The translations under genes were made by a program, and so were the position numbers. Positions 9,278 to 17,077 of a DNA stretch of 64,000 bases are shown here, one piece after another (the first letter of the stretch is position 1; each line of letters begins with the position of its first letter). The DNA is from Nibricoccus sp. (GTDB lineage: Bacteria > Verrucomicrobiota > Verrucomicrobiia > Opitutales > Opitutaceae): assembly GCA_047602425.1 (NCBI GenBank), contig JASGHG010000001.1, forward strand, positions 544,001-608,000, in the 5' to 3' direction. The notes below the pieces were generated by a model that was not told where the DNA came from, made no database searches, and worked only from the letters and a program-made list of their open reading frames with translations.

Positions 9278-11314
9278 ATGAAACGCTTTTTTCTTTGCCT
9301 TCTCTTCACTTCGGTTGCCTTCACGGCTTGCGCGGCACGCACGGCGGAAGGAGCCGATAAATCGCTTTCGCCCTATTTTTGGGTGAAGCCGTCCAGCGTC
9401 GCAGGCTCGGATTCGCCGGGCGTTGCCGACGTGTTACCGCTTAAATCCACTTCGGTGGAGGCAAGCGTCGCTGGTGTGATCGCGGATGTGCGGGTTACAC
9501 AGGTTTACACCAATTCCGGCAATGTGCCGCTCGAAGCGGTGTACATATTTCCTGGTTCGACTCGGGCGGCGGTCCACGGATTGACGATGATGGTCGGCGA
9601 GCGACGGCTCGAAGCTAAGATTAAAAAGCGCGAGGAGGCGCGGCGCACTTACGAAGCAGCCAAGGCCGAGGGCAAGACCACGTCGTTGCTCGAACAGCAA
9701 CGTCCGAATGTTTTTCAGATGAACGTCGCCAATATTCTTCCGGGCGACGAGGTCCGGGTGGAATTGCGCTACACCGAACTGCTCGTGCCGACCGATGGAG
9801 TTTATGAATTTGTTTATCCCGGCGTGGTTGGGCCGCGTTACTCGAACAAGCCGGCCTCTGGCGCCGCACCGGAAGACAAGTGGGTCGCAAATCCGTATCT
9901 GCGCAAAGGGGAAATCGACTCCGCACGCTATCAGCTCACCGTGCAGATCGCGGCCGGCCTGCCGCTTCAAGAGGTAAACTGCCGCACGCACCCAACCAAG
10001 ATCACCTACACCAACGAGCGCGAAGCTCGCATCGCCACGGATCCTGAAGACATGTCTGCTTCAAACCGCGATTTTATTTGCAGTTATCGTCTGGCCGGCG
10101 GTGCGATTCAGTCAGGTGTTCTTATGGCCGAGGGAAAAGATGAAAATTTCTTCCTTCTGATGGTGCAGCCGCCGGCGCGTCCCCTGCCCTCGCAGATTCC
10201 GCCACGCGATTTCATTTTCATCGTCGATGTGTCAGGCTCGATGCACGGGTTCCCGTTGAACATTTCGAAAAAGCTCGTGCGTGATCTGCTCACTGCATTG
10301 CGTCCGACTGATACGTTCAATGTTCTACTTTTCGCGGGTGACAGCCAGGTACTCGCCCCCGCGTCGCTTCCTGCCACCACCGAAAACATCAGCGCAGCCA
10401 TCGATCTGCTCGACCAGCAGAAAGGCGGAGGCGGCACCGAGTTGCTCCCCGCACTCAAAAAAGCCTTCGCGCTGCCGCAGGATGAAAACGTTTCGCGTAC
10501 CGTAGCGGTCATCACCGACGGCTATGTCGACATCGAGGCGGAGGCTTTCGAGCTCGTCCGCACCAATCTTGGGCGGGCCAACGTGTTCGCCTTTGGCATC
10601 GGCTCGTCGGTCAATCGCCATTTGATCGAAGGATTGGCCCGCGTCGGACAAGGCGAGCCATTTATCGTCACCGAGCCCGACAAGGCGCCAGTCATGGCAG
10701 CGAAATTTCGCGACTACATTTCCACGCCCGTGCTGACGCGCGTGGCGATCGATTTCGGCGGGCTGGAAACCTATGATGTCGAGCCGACTGCCATTCCGAA
10801 CGTGCTCGCGCAGCGGCCGGTGATTGTGTTCGGCAAATGGCGTGGAATGAAAACCGGCGCGATCACTGTGCGTGGGCGTTCGGGAGATCAGGCTTTCGCG
10901 GCGACCCACGATTTGGCCCAAGCCACTGTGCTTCCCTCGGCGGATGGGCTCGCCCACCTCTGGGCGCGCACCCGGATCGCCCAGCTTGGCGATCTGGTGA
11001 ACTTGCGGTCATCTGATGAACGTGTCGCACAAATCACCAACCTCGGACTCACCTACAATTTGCTTACCAAATATACGTCGTTTGTGGCGGTCGACGAAGT
11101 CGTGCGTCGGACCACGACGGATCTTAAGACCGTAAAACAACCGTTGCCGCTGCCGCAGGGCGTCGAGAATACGGCCGTCGGTGAAGACGTGCCAACCTCT
11201 CCTGAACCATCGACCATCGGCATGTTGGGAATTGGGGGAGCGTTCGTACTGATGAAACTGCTGCGGAGAAGGAAAAAGTACGGCGTGAAAAATGTTTGTT
11301 TTAACAGGAGGTAA
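9278..11314 (+). CDS. Secreted VIT (vault protein inter-alpha-trypsin) + vWA domain protein with PEP-CTERM-like sorting signal
   Basis: Signal peptide; VIT pattern (ADVRVTQVYTN...EAVYIFP...EEARRTYEAAK..G...SLLEQ..NVF); MIDAS DVSGS...GGT...TDG; C-terminal SPEPST + hydrophobic helix + RRRKK. Confidence 0.9.
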   Translation: MKRFFLCLLFTSVAFTACAARTAEGADKSLSPYFWVKPSSVAGSDSPGVADVLPLKSTSVEASVAGVIADVRVTQVYTNSGNVPLEAVYIFPGSTRAAVHGLTMMVGERRLEAKIKKREEARRTYEAAKAEGKTTSLLEQQRPNVFQMNVANILPGDEVRVELRYTELLVPTDGVYEFVYPGVVGPRYSNKPASGAAPEDKWVANPYLRKGEIDSARYQLTVQIAAGLPLQEVNCRTHPTKITYTNEREARIATDPEDMSASNRDFICSYRLAGGAIQSGVLMAEGKDENFFLLMVQPPARPLPSQIPPRDFIFIVDVSGSMHGFPLNISKKLVRDLLTALRPTDTFNVLLFAGDSQVLAPASLPATTENISAAIDLLDQQKGGGGTELLPALKKAFALPQDENVSRTVAVITDGYVDIEAEAFELVRTNLGRANVFAFGIGSSVNRHLIEGLARVGQGEPFIVTEPDKAPVMAAKFRDYISTPVLTRVAIDFGGLETYDVEPTAIPNVLAQRPVIVFGKWRGMKTGAITVRGRSGDQAFAATHDLAQATVLPSADGLAHLWARTRIAQLGDLVNLRSSDERVAQITNLGLTYNLLTKYTSFVAVDEVVRRTTTDLKTVKQPLPLPQGVENTAVGEDVPTSPEPSTIGMLGIGGAFVLMKLLRRRKKYGVKNVCFNRR

Positions 11315-11328
11315 CAGAGGAAAAGGAG
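11299..11328 (+). repeat. 9-bp-period repeat arm (solo left arm) overlapping the VIT gene stop codon
   Basis: TTTTAACAGGAGGTAACAGAGGAAAAGGAG; same pattern as arms at 12878, 14568, 14715. Confidence 0.65.
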
Positions 11329-11338
11329 ATAGAATTTC

Positions 11339-11370
11339 TTAACCACTTATGTTCACTGAAAGGCACTGAT
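11339..11370 (+). repeat. 10-bp-period repeat arm
   Basis: TTAAC-CACTTATGTT-CACTGAAAGG-CACTGAT. Confidence 0.55.
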
Positions 11371-11429
11371 TCGGCATCTTAAAGACGGAGAGCGCAGCGT
11401 GGGGCGGGCGCTCAACACGCAACGCTATC

Positions 11430-11455
11430 AACCCGCACGGAGTGCGGGTTCTACC
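11430..11455 (-). repeat. GTAG-type REP-like hairpin
   Basis: Minus strand GGTAG-AACCCGCAC-TCC-GTGCGGGTT. Confidence 0.75.
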
Positions 11456-11462
11456 TCGAACG

Positions 11463-12347
11463 ATGAAACAAACTACAAGCAGCAGTTCCCTGAACAGCCT
11501 CTCATCGATGGTTGCGGACGCCTCGGAGAGGCGTCCCTACCGACGAACCTTGTTCAGCTGCCGCCTCGCGTTCGTGCTTGCGCTCTGCCTCGCCTGCTGG
11601 CCGGTGGCGCGGTGGTATGTGGCGCGCGTCAGCGATGGCTCGGATGAGCCGTGGGGGTTGGCCGCGTTGGTAGCAGCTTTGCTTTTCGCGCCGCGCGAGG
11701 GGTGGAATGAACCACTCGGTAGAGGTCGTCTGTGGATGCTGTGCGGGCTTCTGACGATTTATGTGGTTAACTTCCATTGGCTGCCGCCACTGGGGCATGC
11801 GCTTTTGTTTGTCACCGCGCTCGCCGTTGCGGTGAGCCGGCGTGGATTTCCGCTGGCTTGGTGGGGATTGTTGGTTTTGTCGCTACCGTTGATTGCAACG
11901 CTGCAGTTTTATCTGGGTTATCCACTGCGGCTCGCGACGACCGCGTTATGCGTGCCGCTTCTGCGACTGGGTGGTTTGTACGTCACAGCCGATGCCACCG
12001 CGCTGCGCTGGGCGGGCGAGATGGTTGTTGTCGATGCGCCATGCAGCGGAATTCATATGCTGTGGACCGGTCTGTTTCTCGCCGCGGCACTCGCGTGTTG
12101 GCAAAAACTCGACGGGCGTGGAACGCTGCGGCTGTTGCGTTGGGCAAGCGGGGCGGTCTTCGTCGCAAATGTACTACGCGCAACGGCGTTGTTTTGCATC
12201 GAGGCGAGGATCTGGCCGTCGCCGGCTTGGGCGCACGAGGGCGTGGGACTGGTGCTGTTCGGAGCGGCGTCGGGAATTATTTATTTCGCGAGTCAAAGCG
12301 GCGCGCCCGGCGGTCGCGCCCTACCTTCAAGGCAGACCGCCATATGA
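11463..12347 (+). CDS. Exosortase/archaeosortase family protein
   Basis: Multi-TM protein with catalytic triad motifs VDAPCSG, NVLRA, HEGVG; lies directly after a PEP-CTERM-like substrate; start uncertain (11442/11463/11508). Confidence 0.87.
   Translation: MKQTTSSSSLNSLSSMVADASERRPYRRTLFSCRLAFVLALCLACWPVARWYVARVSDGSDEPWGLAALVAALLFAPREGWNEPLGRGRLWMLCGLLTIYVVNFHWLPPLGHALLFVTALAVAVSRRGFPLAWWGLLVLSLPLIATLQFYLGYPLRLATTALCVPLLRLGGLYVTADATALRWAGEMVVVDAPCSGIHMLWTGLFLAAALACWQKLDGRGTLRLLRWASGAVFVANVLRATALFCIEARIWPSPAWAHEGVGLVLFGAASGIIYFASQSGAPGGRALPSRQTAI
11515..11541 (-). repeat. GTAG-type REP-like hairpin inside the exosortase 5' end
   Basis: Minus strand GGTAG-GGACGCCTC-TCC-GAGGCGTCC-G. Confidence 0.78.
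12299..12325 (-). repeat. GTAG-type REP-like hairpin inside the exosortase 3' end
   Basis: Minus strand GGTAGGGCGCGACCGCCGGGCGCGCCG; 26/27 identical to the copy at 47688. Confidence 0.8.
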
Positions 12348-12892
12348 AAATCTCTCTGCTCTTTTTGAGCCTCTGTGTAGTCGCTGCATGGATACCGGCT
12401 TGGTCGCGATCGTCATATGAGGATGGAGCGTCAGCGGAAGCGTTTCCGGGTTGGAATGCCGCACCCGTCCCAAGCGACATGACGCCTTTGACGCCGGGGG
12501 AACGCGAGGCGCGTTTCGCGGCGGGCTTTCCAGGAAAAATCGGCGTGTTCACCGATGGCGAGCGGACGTACGTCCTTCGCTGGGTGTGCTCGCCAACACG
12601 GAAACTTCATCCCGCCGCCGATTGTTTGCGTGCGCTCGGTTACGGCGTAAAGCCGACGCCGATCTTCGCCGAGGCCAATGGAGCACGTTGGGGTACGTCG
12701 CGCGCGCAACGCGGCCAGGAAGAGCTGCGCGTGCGCGAGCGGATCGTCGACTCAGCGGGGAATGCGTGGACCGACGTGTCGGCGTGGTACTGGTCCGCAA
12801 CGCTGGGCCGCAGCGCGGGACCGTGGTGGGCCGTCACGATTTTCGAGCGGCCAAACCATGGCCGTAAAAACGAACCATTTTACAGAAGTTAA
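12344..12892 (+). CDS. Exosortase-associated (EpsI-like) extracytoplasmic protein
   Basis: ATGA overlap with the exosortase stop; N-terminal hydrophobic segment; FPGKIGVFTDG...PTRKLHPAADC.RALGY...WTDVSAWYW. Confidence 0.7.
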   Translation: MKISLLFLSLCVVAAWIPAWSRSSYEDGASAEAFPGWNAAPVPSDMTPLTPGEREARFAAGFPGKIGVFTDGERTYVLRWVCSPTRKLHPAADCLRALGYGVKPTPIFAEANGARWGTSRAQRGQEELRVRERIVDSAGNAWTDVSAWYWSATLGRSAGPWWAVTIFERPNHGRKNEPFYRS

Positions 12893-13004
12893 CGAAGGAA
12901 ACAAAGAGTCTCACCTCGTGCCTTGTCTGGGCTCCATGCGTGGACCTGAAAAAACGAGCCGGACATACCAACATTGCTTCATTCCCTTCGTTCTCTTCTG
13001 TTAA
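12878..13004. repeat. ~127-bp inverted-arm element (9-bp-period arms, unique core)
   Basis: Left TTTTACAGAAGTTAACGAAGGAAACAAAGAG; right arm 12977-13004 reverse-complements to TTAACAGAAGAGAACGAAGGGAATGAAG. Confidence 0.75.
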
Positions 13005-13086
13005 CCAGCTCGAAAATCCACCGGTCTTACCAATGGTGATTTAGCAGAAAATCAAGGTGGAGCGCGTTGACCTGACTTGCACCCCA

Positions 13087-13254
13087 CCCAAGGCTGTCCT
13101 GTCGCAGCCCAAGCCTCTGCTGCAAATGTCCGGGATACCCCTGCGCACACCCATGGTACAATTGTCGCGACCCATGGTACGCTTCTTCAAGCCCAAGGGT
13201 CGTTTGATCGGACCCATGGTCGCTCTGTGCGAACCCATGATCCAGTTGCAACCG
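13087..13254. repeat. Degenerate tandem array, 8 units with exact 21-bp period
   Basis: CCCAWGG-like core at 13087, 13108, 13129, 13150, 13171, 13192, 13213, 13234, with YTG at a fixed offset in 7 of 8 units. Confidence 0.8.
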
Positions 13255-13368
13255 ATAAGGAGTTCCCGGATGCAACGTAATTCAACATGACAAAACTGGC
13301 GCGCTGCGAAGGTTGACGTCACACAATTGTTGCGGGCCAAGTGGGATCTGCGTTCTTTCCGTTTCTGC

Positions 13369-14109
13369 TTACTCTCGATCCTCGCGCAGCAGATGTCCGA
13401 GGATGCGTTCCCGACTGTTCAAGAAATCGCGAGTGACCCGAAAATGATCGGTCTGCTCATATTCCACTCGTTCCATGCCGTTCGGACCCACTTCATAAAT
13501 CGTCGCATCGGGGAATCCCATGAGGATTGGAGAATGAGTGGCCATGATCACCTGTGATTTTTCGGCGAGAAGTCGCTGCAAAATCACCAAGACGCTCAAC
13601 TGCCGCTTCGGCGACAAGGCCGCCTCGGGTTCATCGAAAATATAGAGCCCGTTTCCTCGGAGGCGGTTTTGCAGCAAGGCAAGGAATGCTTCGCCGTGCG
13701 ATTGTTCATGCAGGGATTTTCCACCGTAACTAGCGTGATGAGCCAAATCGAGACGCTCCACCTCCGTGGCCATGCCATAGAAACTTTCAGCGCGGAGAAA
13801 AAAACCGTCCGTCGGCCGACGCACACCTTTTTCCAAGACCAGACATTCGTTCAACGACGAATGGGTTTCTTTGGTGCGAAATCGGAAATTCTTGCTGCCG
13901 CCCTCAGCGTTAAAACCCCACTTCACCGCAATCGCTTCGATCAACGTCGATTTCCCGACACCATTTTCTCCGATGATCGTGGTGAGGCCCGGAGCAAATT
14001 CGAGTCTTTCGAGGTGACGAACCGCGGGAACGCAGAATGGATACGTCTCAGGCGACGCTACCTTTCTTCGATCAAGTCGGATAGCGCGCAAAAAGCCGTG
14101 ATCCTTCAT
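13369..14109 (-). CDS. ABC-fold/AAA family predicted ATPase
   Basis: Walker A GENGVGKST, SHGE signature variant, Walker B YIFDEPE, ATHSPIL. Confidence 0.87.
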   Translation of the reverse strand: MKDHGFLRAIRLDRRKVASPETYPFCVPAVRHLERLEFAPGLTTIIGENGVGKSTLIEAIAVKWGFNAEGGSKNFRFRTKETHSSLNECLVLEKGVRRPTDGFFLRAESFYGMATEVERLDLAHHASYGGKSLHEQSHGEAFLALLQNRLRGNGLYIFDEPEAALSPKRQLSVLVILQRLLAEKSQVIMATHSPILMGFPDATIYEVGPNGMERVEYEQTDHFRVTRDFLNSRERILGHLLREDRE

Positions 14110-14119
14110 GGCGCAGATC

Positions 14120-14542
14120 TTATTCGCCGATCACCGTCACGATCAAGGTGCGGGTGTGCGGGCGCGTGCGGTGTTCCCAGAGATACAATCCCTGCCACGT
14201 GCCAAGGAGCATTCGGCCTTCGGCGAAGGGGATGGTTTCGCTCGTTCGCGTTAAAGCCATCTTGATATGACTGGGCATATCGTCGGGGCCTTCGAGTGTG
14301 TGTTCGAAATGCGGGTCGTTTTCCGGAACTAGTCGCTCAAACCAATGCTCCAGATCATGCCGCGCGGTCGGATCGGCGTTTTCCATGATCACCAGGCTCG
14401 CGCTCGTGTGCTGGCAGAAAATCGTCACCGTGCCGCGCTTGAGTCCGCTGCGTGAAAGTTCGCTAGCAACGGTGTCAGTGACGTCGTGCAGACCCTTGCC
14501 GCGCGTGTGGACAGTGAAAGCGGCTTGGTGAACAGAAGACAT
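14120..14542 (-). CDS. yjbQ: YjbQ/UPF0047 family protein
   Basis: HTSASL..ENADP, EGPDDMPSHIK, LGTWQGLYLWEH. Confidence 0.88.
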   Translation of the reverse strand: MSSVHQAAFTVHTRGKGLHDVTDTVASELSRSGLKRGTVTIFCQHTSASLVIMENADPTARHDLEHWFERLVPENDPHFEHTLEGPDDMPSHIKMALTRTSETIPFAEGRMLLGTWQGLYLWEHRTRPHTRTLIVTVIGE

Positions 14543-14567
14543 GGGGAAGACGGAATTAAACGATCCG

Positions 14568-14691
14568 TTTTACAGAAGGCAACTAGGGGAACGAAGCGTC
14601 ACCGGAGAAAAGGCATCGCTCCTGCATGGCTTGGAAACTCGACGGGGAAAAACTACCGGCTCTTCGTTTCCTTCGTTATCTTCTGTTTAAA
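14568..14691. repeat. ~124-bp inverted-arm element
   Basis: Left TTTTACAGAAGGCAACTAGGGGAACGAAG; right CTTCGTTTCCTTCGTTATCTTCTGTTTAAA. Confidence 0.75.
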
Positions 14692-14714
14692 GAGATCGGA
14701 AAACAAAAACCTTC

Positions 14715-14840
14715 TTACAGGAGAAAACCGAGGGAACGAAGAAGGAAGATCGGGGTCGCCGTTTTTTCGCTCTCCCACGTTGATGAGCAACTGCAATGGC
14801 TGTCCGCTCCTCCTTCGTTGCCTCTATCTCCTCCTGTAAA
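14715..14840. repeat. ~126-bp inverted-arm element
   Basis: Left TTACAGGAGAAAACCGAGGGAACGAAG; right CTTCGTTGCCTCTATCTCCTCCTGTAAA. Confidence 0.75.
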
Positions 14841-14852
14841 TAAATAGTCCAC

Positions 14853-15782
14853 CTAGCCTTCCAGGCCGAAGACCGCTTTGACGTAATTGTCGATGGAGAA
14901 GGGTTGCAAATCCTCGGGCTGTTCGCCGAGGCCGAGGAAATAGATCGGGAGTTTCAACTGGCGGTAGATGCCGACGAGGGCGCCGCCGCGGCTGGTGCCG
15001 TCGAGCTTGGTCACGACCAAGCCGGTAAGGCCAAAACTGGCGTGAAACGCCTTCGCCTGGTCGATCGAGTTGGAGCCAATGCTGCCGTCGACCACGAGCC
15101 AGCGGTGATGCGGCGCGGTTGCGTCGTTTTTCTGAAGCACACGGCGGATTTTTGCGAGTTCCTCCATGAGGTTGCTCTTCGTGTGAAGACGTCCGGCGGT
15201 GTCGACGATGAGGTAGTCGCGTTTGCGGGAGTTGGCGGTCTGCCAGGCGTCGAAGGCCACGGCAGCGGAGTCGGCGCCGGTGTGGCTGGCGACGATTTCA
15301 ATATCAAGGCGCGTGGCCCAGGTCTTGAGTTGCTCCACGGCGGCGGCGCGGAAGGTGTCGCAAGCGGCCAGCGTGGTGGTCTTGCCGTCTTCCTTCAGTT
15401 TCCAGGCGAGCTTGGCGGAGGTGGTGGTCTTGCCGGAACCGTTGACGCCGATCATGGCGATGACGGTGGGTTTGCCGGGTTCGGCCTTGATGGCGTCGAA
15501 CGAACCTTCGGCTCCCGCCAAGACACGCTTGAGTACAGCGGCGCCGATGGCGGCGGCGTCCTGGCCGCGGAGGGATTTATCCTTTTTGTAGGCGGTTTTG
15601 ATTTCCTCGAGAATTTCCTCGGTCGTCTCGACGCCGAAGTCGGCGGTGTAGAGCGCTTCTTCAAGCGTGTCGAGGGACGATGCGTCGATCGGTTTCTGGC
15701 CAAAGATCGCGGCGGTCTTCGCGGCGATGGCGGAGACGGTTTTGGCGAGGCCGTCTTTGAATTTTTTAAAGAGACCGAACAT
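14853..15782 (-). CDS. ftsY: Signal recognition particle receptor FtsY (NG domain only)
   Basis: GVNGSGKTTT, DTFRAAA, DTAGRLH, TKLDGTSRGG, GEQPEDLQPF. Confidence 0.96.
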   Translation of the reverse strand: MFGLFKKFKDGLAKTVSAIAAKTAAIFGQKPIDASSLDTLEEALYTADFGVETTEEILEEIKTAYKKDKSLRGQDAAAIGAAVLKRVLAGAEGSFDAIKAEPGKPTVIAMIGVNGSGKTTTSAKLAWKLKEDGKTTTLAACDTFRAAAVEQLKTWATRLDIEIVASHTGADSAAVAFDAWQTANSRKRDYLIVDTAGRLHTKSNLMEELAKIRRVLQKNDATAPHHRWLVVDGSIGSNSIDQAKAFHASFGLTGLVVTKLDGTSRGGALVGIYRQLKLPIYFLGLGEQPEDLQPFSIDNYVKAVFGLEG

Positions 15783-15792
15783 AGGCGTGATT

Positions 15793-15889
15793 TTTTAACC
15801 GCGAATGAGCGCGAATTGACGCGAATAAGAAAAACTCAAAGAGGAAAACAGGCGCACGCAAACTGGCTTCGTTCACGTTGATTTGCGGG
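15793..15889. repeat. 10-bp-period arm with degenerate inverted partner
   Basis: TTTTAAC-CGCGAATGAG-CGCGAATTGA-CGCGAAT, then GTTCACGTTG-ATTTGCGG at ~15871-15888. Confidence 0.6.
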
Positions 15890-15918
15890 CATGACACTTC
15901 GCTCGAAACGCGGTTATT

Positions 15919-16371
15919 TTACTCGGCGACCTTGCGCGCGTCGCGGCCGAGTTGGTCTTTCAGGCGGTCGAGGATGCCGTTGATGAAGCGCTTCGCGTCG
16001 GCGTTGGAGAATTGTTTGCTCAGATCGATCGCTTCGTTGATCGAGACGACGGGCGGGACGTCTTTGCGATAAAGCATTTCGTACATTGCGAGGCGGAGGA
16101 TCGCGAGGTCGATCTTGGCGATGCGATCGAACTCCCAGTTGTGCGCGAGGCCTTTGATGCGAGCATCGAGATCGGCGACGTTTTGAATCACGCCTTGGAT
16201 GATTTCTTCGCCGTAAGAATAAGTTTCGCGCGGTTTTTCCTGAGCCTCGAAAAAGGCCTGGAGATCGTTCGCGAGATTGGTCGGAGCGTTGAGGCTCCAG
16301 GCGAAAAGATATTGAAGCGCGGCGACTCGGCCGGCCCGGCGTTGGGCGAATTGCGGTTTGCTGCTGCTCAT
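15919..16371 (-). CDS. nusB: Transcription antitermination factor NusB
   Basis: RRAGRVAALQYL, NWEFDRIAKIDLAILRL, VSINEAIDLSK.FS...FINGILD; ATGA overlap with ribH. Confidence 0.95.
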   Translation of the reverse strand: MSSSKPQFAQRRAGRVAALQYLFAWSLNAPTNLANDLQAFFEAQEKPRETYSYGEEIIQGVIQNVADLDARIKGLAHNWEFDRIAKIDLAILRLAMYEMLYRKDVPPVVSINEAIDLSKQFSNADAKRFINGILDRLKDQLGRDARKVAE

Positions 16372-16841
16372 TTTGAAAAACGTTTCCTCAATTCGGCCAT
16401 TTCGAGGGCCGCACGCGCGAACTCGGCGCCGCGGTTGATTTTTCCGAGGCAACGATCCTCGGCTTGTTTCAGGTTTTCGGCAACCACCACGCCGTTAATC
16501 ACCGCAATGCGGCTGTCGAGGGCAACGCGCATGAGACCATCGCCGGAGGCTTCGGCGACGAGTTCGTAGTGTTTCGTATCGCCACGAATAATCACGCCAA
16601 GGGCAACGATCACGTCGGGCTTGGTCGCGGAAGCGAGCCACTGGGCGGCGCTGGGAAGTTCGTTCGAGCCGGGCACACGGTAGACGCGGATTTTTTTCTC
16701 GGGCACGCCCGCTGAACGCAGTTGTTCGAACACTTGGTGCAACAACGCGTCGACCAGCGTCGGGTTGTAACGCGCCGCCACGATGCCGACCGAAAGGCGG
16801 GCACCGTCAACAGTCACTTCATGTGGAGCATCGAGACTCAT
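16368..16841 (-). CDS. ribH: 6,7-dimethyl-8-ribityllumazine synthase
   Basis: IVAARYN, VPGSNELP, ALGVIIRGDT.HYE, NRGAE.A.AALEM. Confidence 0.94.
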   Translation of the reverse strand: MSLDAPHEVTVDGARLSVGIVAARYNPTLVDALLHQVFEQLRSAGVPEKKIRVYRVPGSNELPSAAQWLASATKPDVIVALGVIIRGDTKHYELVAEASGDGLMRVALDSRIAVINGVVVAENLKQAEDRCLGKINRGAEFARAALEMAELRKRFSK

Positions 16842-17077
16842 GCGAGGAACTGTTCTGTCTGCGCGCCGACCGTGCAAGGAGCAAACTCTTTTCTGAAGCC
16901 AGGAAAAAACCTCTTCCAAGCCCTCGCACACTATGCCGCGTAACGCAGCCGGACAGGGAGAAGCCCGTCGAAATATTTTCTTGCACTCGTGTCCGAATTT
17001 CTTCCGTTATGACCTCGCTGGTGCGCTCACACCCACAACACGAGCCTCAGCAAATACCCCAACAACCAACCCCAGCC

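Noticed and set aside
11777..12343. N-terminal extension of the 371-aa ORF 11777-12892
   Set aside because: Overlaps the exosortase in another frame and is Arg/Ala noise; the ATGA-coupled start at 12344 gives a sensible hydrophobic N-terminus
13087..13254. CRISPR interpretation of the 21-bp array
   Set aside because: The core is only 7 nt and degenerate, intervening segments are 14 nt and partly conserved, and no cas genes are in the window
13369..14109. ATPase as part of an anti-phage or toxin-antitoxin system
   Set aside because: No partner nuclease, TOPRIM or toxin gene is adjacent; nothing in the sequence supports more than predicted ATPase
14486..14847. Short ORFs between yjbQ and ftsY
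   Set aside because: They are translations of the two inverted-arm repeat units, with no coding signature
16823..17077. Upstream extension of the PL9 ORF
   Set aside because: Overlaps ribH on the opposite strand; the signal peptide starts at ATG 17078
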